A stretch of 63,747 nucleotides of DNA, counting the filler, from Reticulomyxa filosa (taxonomy: Eukaryota; Protista; Foraminifera), in the NCBI GenBank assembly GCA_000512085.1. It is 15 parts of 15 records of this genome, joined end to end, with 100 filler letters (N's around TTAATTAATTAA, not from the genome) between each part and the next. Parts side by side here need not be neighbours in the genome. Positions count along the whole stretch, not along the records: positions 31,573 to 39,347 come from ASPP01006074.1; positions 39,448 to 40,490 come from ASPP01018318.1; positions 40,591 to 44,719 come from ASPP01029131.1; positions 44,820 to 46,630 come from ASPP01019585.1; positions 46,731 to 49,387 come from ASPP01002181.1; positions 49,488 to 52,340 come from ASPP01022278.1; 9 more parts are not named here. One strand, written 5' to 3'. How positions within the stretch are numbered: the stretch's first letter is position 1; each line of letters starts with the position of its first letter. Shown piece by piece: positions 38,092 to 49,742 of the stretch. Both the position numbers and the translations under genes were made by a program. Below the pieces are notes generated by a model. The model had not been told where the DNA came from. It made no database searches and saw nothing but the letters and a program-made list of their open reading frames with translations.

Positions 38092-39347
38092 TTAAATATT
38101 TTTTGGAGGGGGTTTAGCAGGGATTTGTGAAGATTGCAATGTAATATGATCCGGTGGCTTTTCCATATTGATTGCGGGATAGTCGGTGTCATCTTGAGCA
38201 TTAGGATCAAAAACGAAAAGATCAGAATCATCTAATTGCGGTTGTCCATCATTGGGCAAAGGATACCACCTTGTCCGACTACCACAAAAGATATGCAATA
38301 CACGACAAGATTCATGCCAGGGTTCGGTCATGAGCGTCATTGAGACAGATTCGACGTCAAACAAGGCCGGTGTAAGCCACAGAGTATCATTTTGAAAATC
38401 GTATTTCAGAGCCACATTGGAAGCGCAACGACCACAAAAAAAGCGGCATCCATGTTCGCTGGACGAAAACGATTTCAAGCTATGCAATCCTTTTGTCCAT
38501 CGAATATTATTTTCGGCCACTGGGCACCAGCTTGCAACGGGTGCACCTTAGCCAAGCAAGTCAATCAAAGTAAATCAATCAGCTAAAAAAAAAAAGAACA
38601 TATATACATACATATATGTATGCAAATATATGAAAACATAAATGGACATCGAATACCATGCATTTTGCGACACATTGAACAATAGCAATGTTGAATATCT
38701 TCTGGAAACTGCAGTAACTCGTATTCAATGTCTTTGCAAAAACAGCTGGCATGTAGCACAGCTTTTCTACTATCATCCAAGCGTGCACATTGGCCAATTG
38801 CAATTGCCTTGCACAATAAAGCAAAGCAAATCAAAATATCAAAAATGTGTGTGTGTGTGTTTGTCCATATATATTCCGATAAATGGGATAGTAATAACAA
38901 AACAAAACAAAAAAAAAAAACTATAAAGAACACCAATATGCTTTATCATAACAAATGAAAACAAAACAAAACAAAAAAAAACCCCAAACCTTTTGTTTTG
39001 AAGTGCTGTGGCGACACCTCGTTCCTGTTTGTCACTATTTGTTTGTACGGCACCCGACCGCGGGGAGCTTGCTTTTTTGGGTGGGATGGTCTGGGGTACG
39101 GCTTTGATCACTCGCGAAAGTGTCGATGGCTTTCGTGGTGGCTTCGGTTGTGGACTGGTTGGCCCAGTCATCAAATTCCGAGGCAACGCCCTTTTATTTT
39201 TTTTGTTCGGGTCATTCGCATTCTCGTCTTTTTCGTTGGTCGTGTCTTCTTTGGCTTCCACATCGAAAGATATATCGGTACCTTTCGGACTTGTACTGGG
39301 CAAAATTTTCCTGGACGAACTTGGCTTCGGCCTCGAAGCTGCTGCTG
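38092..39347 (-). CDS. GFA/CENP-V (Mss4-like zinc-binding) family protein with Pro/Lys-rich N-terminal extension; 5' partial, multi-exon
   Basis: HASCFC...HCYCSMCRKMHG...RFFCGRCAS...HIFCGSRTRWY matches the GFA cysteine pattern. Confidence 0.8.
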
Positions 39348-39447
39348 NNNNNNNNNNNNNNNNNNNNNNNNNNNNNNNNNNNNNNNNNNNNTTAATTAAT
39401 TAANNNNNNNNNNNNNNNNNNNNNNNNNNNNNNNNNNNNNNNNNNNN

Positions 39448-40490
39448 CGAGCGTCTGCATCACCTCGAGCCGCTTCGCTGCCGCCTCATTCAGTGCGCGG
39501 CCCGGCGGCACCGTGAGATAGGCATAGGCCCGCGTCTTGCCTCGCCCGACCCGGCCGCGCAGCTGGTAGAGCTGTGCCAGGCCGAACATGTCGGCGCGAT
39601 GGATGATCATCGTGTTGGCGTTGCGGATGTCGAGGCCGCTTTCCACGATGTTGGTCGAGAGCAGCACGTCGAACTTGCCCTCGACGAAATCCTGCATCGT
39701 GTTCTCGATGGTCGTCGGCGACAGCTTGCCGTGGGCCATGCCGAGCCGGATCTCCGGCACCAGCTCGCGGATTCCTCGGCAACCGACGCCAGGTCCTCGA
39801 CCCTCGGGCAGACATACGAAGGTCTGGCCGCCGCGATACTGCTCGCGCAGCAACGCCTCGCGGATGGTGACGCCGTCGAACGGCGTGATGAAGGTGCGCA
39901 CGGCCAGACGGTCGACCGGCGGTGTGGCGATCAGGCTCATGTCACGCACGCCGGTCAGCGCGAGCTGCAGCGTGCGCGGGATCGGCGTCGCGGTCAGCGT
40001 CAGCACATGGACGTCGGCGCGCAGCTCCTTCAGCCGCTCCTTGTGGCCGACGCCGAAATGCTGCTCCTCGTCGACGATCAGCAGGCCAAGATCCTTGAAC
40101 TCGATGCTCTTGGCCAGCAGTGCATGCGTGCCGCATACGATGTTGACGGTGCCGTCCTTCAAGCCTTCCTTGGTGGCCTTGGCCTCCTTGGCCGTGACCA
40201 GGCGCGACAGGCGTCCGATGTTCACCGGCATGCCCTGGAAGCGCTCGACGAAGGTGCGATGGTGCTGGCGGGCCAGCAGGGTCGTCGGGCCGATCACGGC
40301 CACCTGCTTGCCCGAAAGCGCCGCGACGAAGGCCGCGCGCAGCGCGACCTCGGTCTTGCCAAAGCCGACATCGCCGCAGATCAGCCTGTCCATCGGCTTG
40401 CCGGACGACAGATCGTCCATCACGTCGGAGATGGCCTGAAGCTGGTCGTCGGTCTCGGCATAGGGGAAGCGTGCGCAGAATTCGTCGTAG
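39448..40490 (-). CDS. mfd: Bacterial transcription-repair coupling factor, internal fragment (foreign contig)
   Basis: [33 protein letters not shown] and QLRGRVGR motifs. High GC, no introns, fills the whole contig. Confidence 0.96.
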
Positions 40491-41284
40491 NNNNNNNNNN
40501 NNNNNNNNNNNNNNNNNNNNNNNNNNNNNNNNNNTTAATTAATTAANNNNNNNNNNNNNNNNNNNNNNNNNNNNNNNNNNNNNNNNNNNNTTTTCAAAGA
40601 GTATAATTCGTTCTTCCTGTCTTCCTGTCTTCCTGTCTTCCTCTTCAAGAGTTGAATCGTGTCGATCTTTGAAATCATAGCTCGAAAAAGAAAACTTTTA
40701 CTTGATATGATATAAACTTATTGATTATGTCAGTGAACTTTTGTCAACTGCTATCTCCTGTCACAAAGAAATCAACTTTTTTTTTAATACTTATAAATTT
40801 TTCAATATTAAAACTTTTATCACTTATTTTCATTAATATCATCACATTTTTAAAAATAAAATTTAATTTACTTATTAAATAAAATATAAAACAAAATAAC
40901 CATTTTTGTTAATACTTCACTTTAACCAAACGATCAAAATAGAATTCAATTTTACTGCAAAGTAGTTGTGAAGAGCTTTGAAATTATTGCGGTTAGCTTT
41001 GAATCATGATTGATCTCATATTTGTTAAAGTTACATTTTTTGATGCTTGTGGTAAAAAACTTAAGAGTCAATGCAACTAGAAATAAAGCCATTTTAATGT
41101 AAGTGTTTCTTGATACTATTTTTTTATTTTTTAGAACTCACCGATTGTACAAAATTTACACTTGACAAAATCTGTTTATCTTTATTTTGTTTGGTTGTGA
41201 TCCTTTTTACCTTTCTTGCGCTCTCTTTATATGAGATCTTATTCATGTTGTTAGGCATTCATTTCTCTGTAATGCCGCGTTGAA

Positions 41285-43066
41285 TTACTCACCGCCTTGG
41301 GAAAAAATGTTAACTTCCTTAAAAAATAGTTTACCAATCACATGAATTGTCTCATAATCAACCAATCCTCGTTGAATGGTACTTTCACTGTTAAGCCATA
41401 ATATTTTGATAGCATTGATAAATTTTGACCATTCGTTTGGATGTTTGTGCGCTTCTTTTACTTTCAATTGTTTGAATTCACACTGCACAAATTTAACAAA
41501 ATCTGCCAAACTCAAAGGCAAATATTCAATTGGTGGCATCCACTTAATCTACAGTTTATTTGGAATAAAAATTTAAAAAAGTATTTTTTTAAGACATAGA
41601 TATATGTATAGTTTTCAAAAGTCTCAACAAAGTGGTGCTGAAAATTCATCATGTAATTATCGACATCTCTATTGACATAACATAAGTTGTTTTCAAAATT
41701 CAAAGTCTGCGTGATGCACCACGGGCTAATGAAGCGATTGCGTTGTGATCCAATGTTGATATCCATGGCGTACGTTGAGGAATACTTTTGTAATGTTTCA
41801 TTGAATATATTATATTTTTGCAACCAAACTACCTCAATGCATTGATAGATCGAATACGCCAACGCATTTCTATCCAATGGAACAACATCTACGATCAGCC
41901 CTAATCGTTCTTTTTGTTGCACTTGTGTATTGTTGGATAATTCCATCAATACGCATTTCACTACATCATATTTTTTTAATGTGAGCAACATTTTCCTCGC
42001 CTCTTGAAACCTGTTCATCGAAAGAACGTATGTGGATAGCAATGGAATACCATATCTGGAACAAACGTTATGAACCAATAGCTCTTGTGTTACATATGTG
42101 CATCGCATTGAATCTTTGTGCTCCTGTTTATAGCTCATTACAAGAATATACCAATTACGAAATTGGGACGTATTATAGCGATCATCACTGCCTTTGATTA
42201 TAACACTTTTATAAATTTGTTTAATTTCGCATGGAATTAACCCATTACATTGATTGCCAATTTTGATTATCTGATCAATGTGTCTTTGATAACAACTATC
42301 ATTACCTCCATACACTTTTTCACAGATAGCGCGACGATAAAAACGCATCCATTTGAGATATTCTTGGACAACCAACACAATAACTTGCCAACGTTTGAAC
42401 GTCATCAGTTGGCAATCAGTTCGATCATCAAATGCACTTTCTACTTTCTCTAAAAATGGTACATTTCTTAACTTATCATTCGTTCTATTTTCAATCGGCT
42501 TGGAACAGATCTGTGCTTCTCTCATTTCGACATTTTCCTCTGGCAATTGAGATTGACCAGGCGTTATATTACTTTCTTGAGATATAAGACTGTGCTCTTT
42601 GTTATTATTATACTGTTGTTATTGTTTGTTTGTTTGTTTTTTTGGTCATAAATGTAAAAGGTTCTTCTTTTATTAACCTTGCAAAGGGGAGGGATCAATG
42701 CACTCGGATGGTAATTTCGTATTACAGTTGTCATTTTCTGAAAAAAAATGTTGTTTGTAAAATGTTTTTGAGTCAATGATTTTTAAGAAAAAAAAAAGGT
42801 AATGACAAACCACTTGATAAAAAAGTTTCATTATTTTGGTCAGTTTCTTTCCCAGATTTGGGTAATCTTGTTGGACTTTCGTCAATTGGTGTTTGTTCGA
42901 GTGCGTTTTGACTGAGTGTGTCTTGAGTTAAATTCATAGCAACGTCTCCTTCCTCGTCCTTGTTTAGGTTTCGCCGTGAACGAAGACGAGTTTTTGTGAC
43001 TATGTGTATTCTCCTCATCAATACCCTCAAAATAACGACTAATTGTCGTCTACAATTTGTTAACAA
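41285..43066 (-). CDS. Uncharacterised protein, multi-exon
   Basis: Same-strand ORFs of 97, 344 and 84 aa with plausible GT-AG introns; no motif recognised. Confidence 0.45.
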
Positions 43067-43767
43067 TTTTCAATCTTGAAGTTTTCTTGCTGAGCTAGTA
43101 TTTTTTAGGGAAAGTTTATGACTCTCAAAGGACAATTTTTCAATGTGTGATCCAAGTACAGGACAAAAAATGGTAAAAAGCAATGACTTTTCACCAGAAA
43201 GACTAAAACAGATGCTGCGACTATGTTTAATGTAAGTAGAATTTGATGGCACTCTTGTCAAAATTTTACTGAACACAATTGGTGTGAAGTTTTATTGTTT
43301 TAATGGATGATGACGACTTGTGGCAGCCTAAGGTACTCAGTTTTTTTTTTATTGGAATGGCAATGTAGTTTTATTGATCGTTGCGCTATTCAGTAGTTTT
43401 AGGTTAATCTCAAATTACAAAAATCTGTGTTGTACTATTTCCAAAGATTCCATTACAGTCCAAAAATGTGTTCAAATTGAATATAAGATATTTTTGAAAA
43501 ATTAAACGGGTTTTTGTCCTACATCCACTATATTATTGTATGTACTAATAGTTTTTGTTGCAAGTGAATTTTTAGCAAAAGCTGCACCTGAGCTTCATAA
43601 ACTCTCGCTAAGCATGGGATCTTGTTGCATAACAGCTGAAAAGGATGATATATATAAAGTTCCCTTGCTAGAGGCACAAGAATTGAATGAAACAAAGGTG
43701 AGTATCTCCCTAACTTGTCTTGCGTTGTCAAATATTGAATAACTGAACACTCGAACAGGGAATTATC

Positions 43768-44696
43768 GTGTTTGATGATAAGTTACAACAAGAAAACGAA
43801 AAGACTGATACAAATGACATAAGAACGACAAAGAATTTAAATAATGACAACAAGATAGAGCAGCCGAAAACCTTGCAAACAAATGAGACGGAGAAAAATG
43901 TGAGCACAGTAGCAATAGAACAAAATAACAAAGCAAAAGAAGAGAACATCAATTTGCTTTGGATGTCTGAAGATGTTATCATCAAGCCACATGCAAATGG
44001 AGAGATGAGAGACGACGAATATAAAAAAGAGCAAGAAAGAGAAAAGGAGAGAGAGAAGGAAAGGGAAAGAGAAAAAGAAGAGAAAGGGAAAGAAAGGCCG
44101 AAGAAGAGGAGAGAGAAAGAGAAAAGGAAAGAGAAAAAGAAAAAGAAAAAGAAAAAGAAAGAGAAAAAGAAAAAGAAAGAGAAAGAGAGGCTGAACAAGA
44201 ACGAGAAAGGGAAAGAGAAGCTGAAAAAAAAAGAGAAAAGATGAAAGAGAAGGAAAAAGAAGAAGAGAGAATAAAAGAAAATGAAAAAGAGAAAGACAAA
44301 AGCGAGAATAACGGAAAAGAAAAGGAAGACGTACGTGGCAAAGAGATTTCAAACGAACCAAAGCAGGAGAAAAATCAAGTGATGGTTGTGTCGGAAAACA
44401 AGGATGTGACATGGACGGACAACAAACAAGGGGTCAATTACGTGATCAAGGACCCTCGATTACAGGAGTTGCGACGCCAAAAAGACGCTCAAAACGAGTC
44501 GAAAGTCCAATCGATTTCGGACAAAAAAGTGACGCTTACAATCAAATCAATCGATCCGGGATTTCCGGTGTTGCAAATTGTCGATATAAGTTGGAGAAGC
44601 ACTGTGCGCTCCTTAAAACAAGAGATCCAAAACAAATCCACTGATAACGTTGAAATTGGACGTCAAAGGTTAATTCACAAAGGACGAGTTAGGTAA
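43768..44696 (+). CDS. Lys/Glu-rich protein with ubiquitin-like domain; frameshifted in the purine repeat, 3' partial
   Basis: UBL at ~44529-44692: VTLTIKS...STVRSLKQEIQ...RQRLIHKGR. The frame changes inside the (GAAA/GAGA)n tract. Confidence 0.55.
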
Positions 44697-45331
44697 TCTG
44701 AGAGAATGTGTGTGTGTGTNNNNNNNNNNNNNNNNNNNNNNNNNNNNNNNNNNNNNNNNNNNNTTAATTAATTAANNNNNNNNNNNNNNNNNNNNNNNNN
44801 NNNNNNNNNNNNNNNNNNNGCATTAATTCATATAAATAACTTAGTTTCCTTTGCACCAAAATATGAAACGAAAAAGCACATAATACAGTATGTAAATAAC
44901 TAATCAAATTTTGTAATAAGTACAAGATTTCGGCAAGAATTCATTATAATTTTTTTCTCCTCTTTTGAACTATAAAACAATCTTTCTTTTGGACTCAATA
45001 GAGCTTTTCATGAAAAAAAAAAAGATCATTTGCTATATACCTATCAAAAGTGCATGTTTTGGGATATCGTGATAAAATTGTTACTGTATTTTTATCAAAA
45101 ATTTTTTATACTATTTTGTAAAACAGTTAAAAAGTGCTCGTTTTGACAAGCAATAAAACTGCATTGTTTAGAACACATCCTCATTTTTTTTGTCTAGTGT
45201 CCCAAAAAGACTAGAAATTGTTTTAAAAAAACTAGCTAATTTTTTTTTAGTCTGATATAATAACTTTATTTTTGATTGTGTACTTAGTTTGGTCCAAAAA
45301 AATTATCAATATATATAAATCAAACCCGAAG

Positions 45332-46150
45332 CTAAACTATAACATAAATTCCAATAATATCTATAGTTCTTTTTGAATCTATAAATTTAAAATCCGATAC
45401 TTTTTCATTTCCTTCTATCACATACAATTCATTCTTATTTGATCGAATATCCCAAAAACGAATTGTATTATCCAATGATCCAGAACATATCACATTTGAA
45501 TTACCAATATTATTCTTAATTATTAATGGTGAATATTCGGCAGATGATACAATATCTAAATGTCCATTGAATGTATTGATTAATTTGGATGATGATCAAA
45601 ACATGTCGAACATGAATGCAGCATATACCTATGTAAAATCAACATTTTGTTATTTGATTGATATTTAAAAAAAAGATAGAACAAATGAAATAACATAATT
45701 GATAAAGATTTTATCAAAATAGTTAATCCATCCAAATCCTATTTGCTGCACCCGAATCAAATGCTGCAATATTAGTTCGATATCTTCTGCCTATAGTAAA
45801 ATGAGAAAAAAAAAAAGGATAAAAACACAAAGTAACGTACTGGGTTTTGTGAATCCAATTGACAGGTTTTTTCAGCATCACTGGTAGCTTCACTATATCT
45901 TTTCAATTCTAAAGCAGCTTGATTGCGTCGGATGAAGGCTTTGACATTATTTGGATCGAGTTTGATACAAATGGTGCAATCATCAAATGCTTTTTGATAT
46001 TGGGCTTTTTTTAATCCAAACAGCGGCGCTGTTGCAGTACAAAACACTATTGAATCCATTGTTGCATGGGTTGGCGTGAATGCGTTGAGTGTATTTATCG
46101 ATCGCTTCGTCCAACAAACTATTTTTATATGCTTCTTTGCCATCCTATTT
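45332..46150 (-). pseudogene. TPR (DNAJC7-like) - LGWIxDFDK module - truncated WD40 chimera with lesions
   Basis: TPR GKEAYKNS...YTQ...FNSVLYCNSAA with a frameshift at the T7 run 46006-46012, module exon 45790-45695, and a WD40 exon with in-frame TGA at 45598-45596 and about one remaining repeat. Confidence 0.7.
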
Positions 46151-46730
46151 CATTCGCAGTGCCAGTTTAAATAGTTTTGTGTTGGGTTATATCAATGTGA
46201 TTTTGCAAATGTCCCAATTCATTGTCGTTTGAATATATACTCAATGCATCTGTTCATTTTTATGTTTATGTTTATTTTTATCTTTATTTTTCTCATATCT
46301 TTTTTCTTCATCCTTTATTCTCCCTCTATCTATATCTTTTTCTTACAAACTGTCGGCAGCTTGTTTGGCTTCTTCCACACGACATAGACATGTGTAACAT
46401 TTAATTGCTCGGAGATGTGACTATTTTAAACAAAAACAATATGAAAATCAATTTCAAGTATGATATAAACACTTTGCTCCGACTTCCTTGCGTTTTTCCA
46501 CCCTTTTTTTTTTACAAATTTTTCTTTTGTAGTCGGTCAAATACAACAAACAGCGCAAAGCAAAGCGTAGGGGAAAAAAAAAAGGAGATGGAGAGAAACT
46601 TACTTTGCGCAATTGCGAGTCCAAATTTAANNNNNNNNNNNNNNNNNNNNNNNNNNNNNNNNNNNNNNNNNNNNTTAATTAATTAANNNNNNNNNNNNNN
46701 NNNNNNNNNNNNNNNNNNNNNNNNNNNNNN

Positions 46731-49379
46731 GCACAAACATATATTGATTGTCATCCAGATTCACAAAAAGTAACCATGAATCAAGAAATATTAATGTATT
46801 TATTAAAAGGCTGTGGTTATAAAGAAGGTAAACCAATACCAGATAATATAGCAAAATCTTTAGAAATAACTTCTATTGGTGCATCATTAGTTGGTAATTT
46901 ATATCAATTAAATGGTTTTGATTCTTTACAAAGTGAAATTGAAAAAAATGTTGAAGAATGGATGAATTATCGTGGTGGTCCTGGAGATGCTAATATACCT
47001 AATAATTGGGAAAGTGGTCATGCTACATCTAGTCATGCTAAATTATTAGAACAATTAGCTGTACAAAAAGCATTTAGACCAGATCAAATGATTAAAACAG
47101 CTAAATTATTTGTAGAAGAAGTATTTAATTGGAAATTATATGAATTTGATGCTAATGCAGATAGTTTACATACTATAGTTACAGAACAACAAAATCAAGA
47201 TACACCATTATTAATGGCATCTACACCTGGTAATGATCCTTCTAGTAAAATTGATGCATTAGCTTCAGAACATTTTGAAAGTAAAGCTAAAAGTAGTTAT
47301 GAAGCATTTGCTATGGGTTCACCAGATGATTATGCTAAAGCAGATAATGCTATTACTGCTGCTACTAAAAAAGGTACATGGATATTATTAAAAAATGTAC
47401 ATTTATCACCACAATGGTTACAAGGTTTAGAAAAACGTTTACATCGTATGAAAAAACATGATGATTTTCGCTTATTTATGACTATGGAAATACATCCTAA
47501 AGTACCTGTTACTTTATTACGTAAATCTTTAATTATTATTAATGAACCACCACTTGGTATAAAAGCTTCTTTACAAAGAACTTTTAATAATGTTACTTCT
47601 GCTAGAGTAGATAAAGCACCAAGAGAAAGAAGTCGTTTATATATTTTATTAGCATGGTTACATGCTGTTGTTTTAGAAAGATTACGATTTGAACCTATGG
47701 GTTGGTCTAAAGGTTTTGAATTTAGTGAAACAGATAAATCATGTGCTATGGATGCTATGGATGAATGGATTGATCGTTTATCACAAGGACGTGATAATGT
47801 AGATCCTAATGATATACCATGGGATGCATTACATAAAATGTTAGTACAATTTGTTTATGGTGGTCGTATTGATAATGAATTTGATACAAGTCGTTTAACA
47901 TCATTTGTAGAAAATTTATTTAATTCTGAAGCATATAATCCACAATTTGCATTAGCATCAAAATGTATAGAATTAAGTAAAGAAAAAAAGAATAATAATA
48001 ATAATAATGGTGATAGTAAAGAAGAAGATGATATACAAGAAGATTATTCTACTGTACAAGTTGGTAGATTAGGATTTGTTGTACCAGAATTTAAAAATGA
48101 AAAATTAAATAGAGAAGTATTAGCAAGAGTTGTACAAGTTACTGATAAAGATTTAAAAATTGTATTCTTACAAAAATATGTTGTATTTGGTAATGTACGT
48201 GTAAATTTAAATGGACAAGAAAATTGGATTAAAAGAGAATTATTTAGACCACAACAATATTTAATGAAACCTGCAATTATATTACCTAGTAGTACTAAAC
48301 TTGTTGATATTAAAAAATGGGTATTAGAAGTAGATGATAATATTGCTTCTAATCCTGCTATGTTAGGTTTACCACCAAGAGCAGAATTACTTATATTAGC
48401 TGATCGTGCACAAAATATGTGTATTGATTTAATGCAATTACAAGATGTTGAAGCAGATAATGCTATGGATGAATTAACTGCATTATTAGATAATACTGGT
48501 AATGAACAACAAGGTACTGTTCCTGGATGGATGAAAGATTTACGTAATAATGCTGCTAAATGGATGGATATGTTAAATGATGCTTTACCACAAGGTTTAG
48601 GTAGTTTACGTGAAAAACCTGATTCTATACGTAATCCATTATTCCGTTTTATGAGAAGAGAATTAAATATTGGTAGTAGAGTATTAAAAAGTATGAAACA
48701 TGGTTTAACACAATTAATACAATTTGTTGATGGTAATATTAAAGCTACTAATGATTTAAGAAGATTAGTACATGATTTATCTAAAGAAACTATACCTAAA
48801 CAATGGTCATTATATATTGTTGGACAATTAGGTGTTACTCATTGGATATTTGATTTTATTAAACGATGTAAACAATTAAATCAAATTGCACAAATTAACT
48901 TTGTTGAAGATCCTTATCAGACTTGTTTATGGTTAGGTGGAATGTTTAGTCCACAAGGTTTTACTGCTGCTACGAGGCAATATGTTGCTCAAAAAAATAA
49001 AGATAAAAAATGGTCTTTAGAATCTTTGGCTTTGTCTTTGGAAGTTGGTAGAGAATCTCCAGAAGCTAATTGCTTCATTTTTGAAGGTTTAACATTATTT
49101 GGTGCTGGATGGGATAAATCTTCTGGTTGTCTTGTTTTAAGTGATAAAACAAGTACCACACTTCCTGTTTCAAGATTCCGTTGGACTAATATTAGTGAAG
49201 AAAAAGATACTACTGAACTTGTTGGACAAGCTCCTGATATTACTTATGTTGCCATTCCTGTTTATTTGAATCAATCATTTAAAGAACTTTTATTCTCTGT
49301 TCGTTTACCTGTCTTTTCTTCTTTACCATCGGAAACTTGGACTCAACGTGCTGTTTCTATTTGTGTGTGGAGCACATAA
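46731..49379 (-). other. No feature on the minus strand of this contig (see the dynein CDS on +)
   Basis: No antisense ORF of 60 aa or more in the track, consistent with strong A/T-ending codon bias on the + strand. Confidence 0.3.
46731..49379 (+). CDS. DYNC1H1: Cytoplasmic dynein heavy chain, AAA6 and C-terminal domain; 5' partial
   Basis: AFRPD, AMGS, GTWILLKNVHLSPQWL..LEKRLH, FRLFMTMEIHPKVP, LLAWLHAVVLERLRF.P.GWSK.FEF, YGGRIDNEFD and WLGGMFSP..F.AATRQYVAQ are typical of dynein-1. The 867-aa frame has no introns. Confidence 0.94.
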   Translation, partial: AQTYIDCHPDSQKVTMNQEILMYLLKGCGYKEGKPIPDNIAKSLEITSIGASLVGNLYQLNGFDSLQSEIEKNVEEWMNYRGGPGDANIPNNWESGHATSSHAKLLEQLAVQKAFRPDQMIKTAKLFVEEVFNWKLYEFDANADSLHTIVTEQQNQDTPLLMASTPGNDPSSKIDALASEHFESKAKSSYEAFAMGSPDDYAKADNAITAATKKGTWILLKNVHLSPQWLQGLEKRLHRMKKHDDFRLFMTMEIHPKVPVTLLRKSLIIINEPPLGIKASLQRTFNNVTSARVDKAPRERSRLYILLAWLHAVVLERLRFEPMGWSKGFEFSETDKSCAMDAMDEWIDRLSQGRDNVDPNDIPWDALHKMLVQFVYGGRIDNEFDTSRLTSFVENLFNSEAYNPQFALASKCIELSKEKKNNNNNNGDSKEEDDIQEDYSTVQVGRLGFVVPEFKNEKLNREVLARVVQVTDKDLKIVFLQKYVVFGNVRVNLNGQENWIKRELFRPQQYLMKPAIILPSSTKLVDIKKWVLEVDDNIASNPAMLGLPPRAELLILADRAQNMCIDLMQLQDVEADNAMDELTALLDNTGNEQQGTVPGWMKDLRNNAAKWMDMLNDALPQGLGSLREKPDSIRNPLFRFMRRELNIGSRVLKSMKHGLTQLIQFVDGNIKATNDLRRLVHDLSKETIPKQWSLYIVGQLGVTHWIFDFIKRCKQLNQIAQINFVEDPYQTCLWLGGMFSPQGFTAATRQYVAQKNKDKKWSLESLALSLEVGRESPEANCFIFEGLTLFGAGWDKSSGCLVLSDKTSTTLPVSRFRWTNISEEKDTTELVGQAPDITYVAIPVYLNQSFKELLFSVRLPVFSSLPSETWTQRAVSICVWST

Positions 49380-49742
49380 ACTTTATTNNNNNNNNNNNNN
49401 NNNNNNNNNNNNNNNNNNNNNNNNNNNNNNNTTAATTAATTAANNNNNNNNNNNNNNNNNNNNNNNNNNNNNNNNNNNNNNNNNNNNTTTAACTGTTTTC
49501 TAGTCAACTAGTGTTTTAACCCCAACGAAAAAAAATCTTTTGAAGCAGGTGGCCATCTTTGCAAAAACTAAGTAACTCAGCATTTGTGTTATCGTTTGGA
49601 CTGAATAGTTTTAGTTCCACTTGGATCAAAAGAATTAATTGCTGTGACTTGAACAATGGTACGTTTAAAACTCCAAATGAAAATAAAGAAGAGAAACGTT
49701 CAATACAAATACATAAAATGCATAAACACAGGGAATACCAAA

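Noticed and set aside
39392-40546. Long + strand ORFs (283 and 315 aa) over the bacterial contig, and ORFs ending in XXXLIN
   Set aside because: They are antisense shadows of high-GC mfd or read-through into the artificial spacer.
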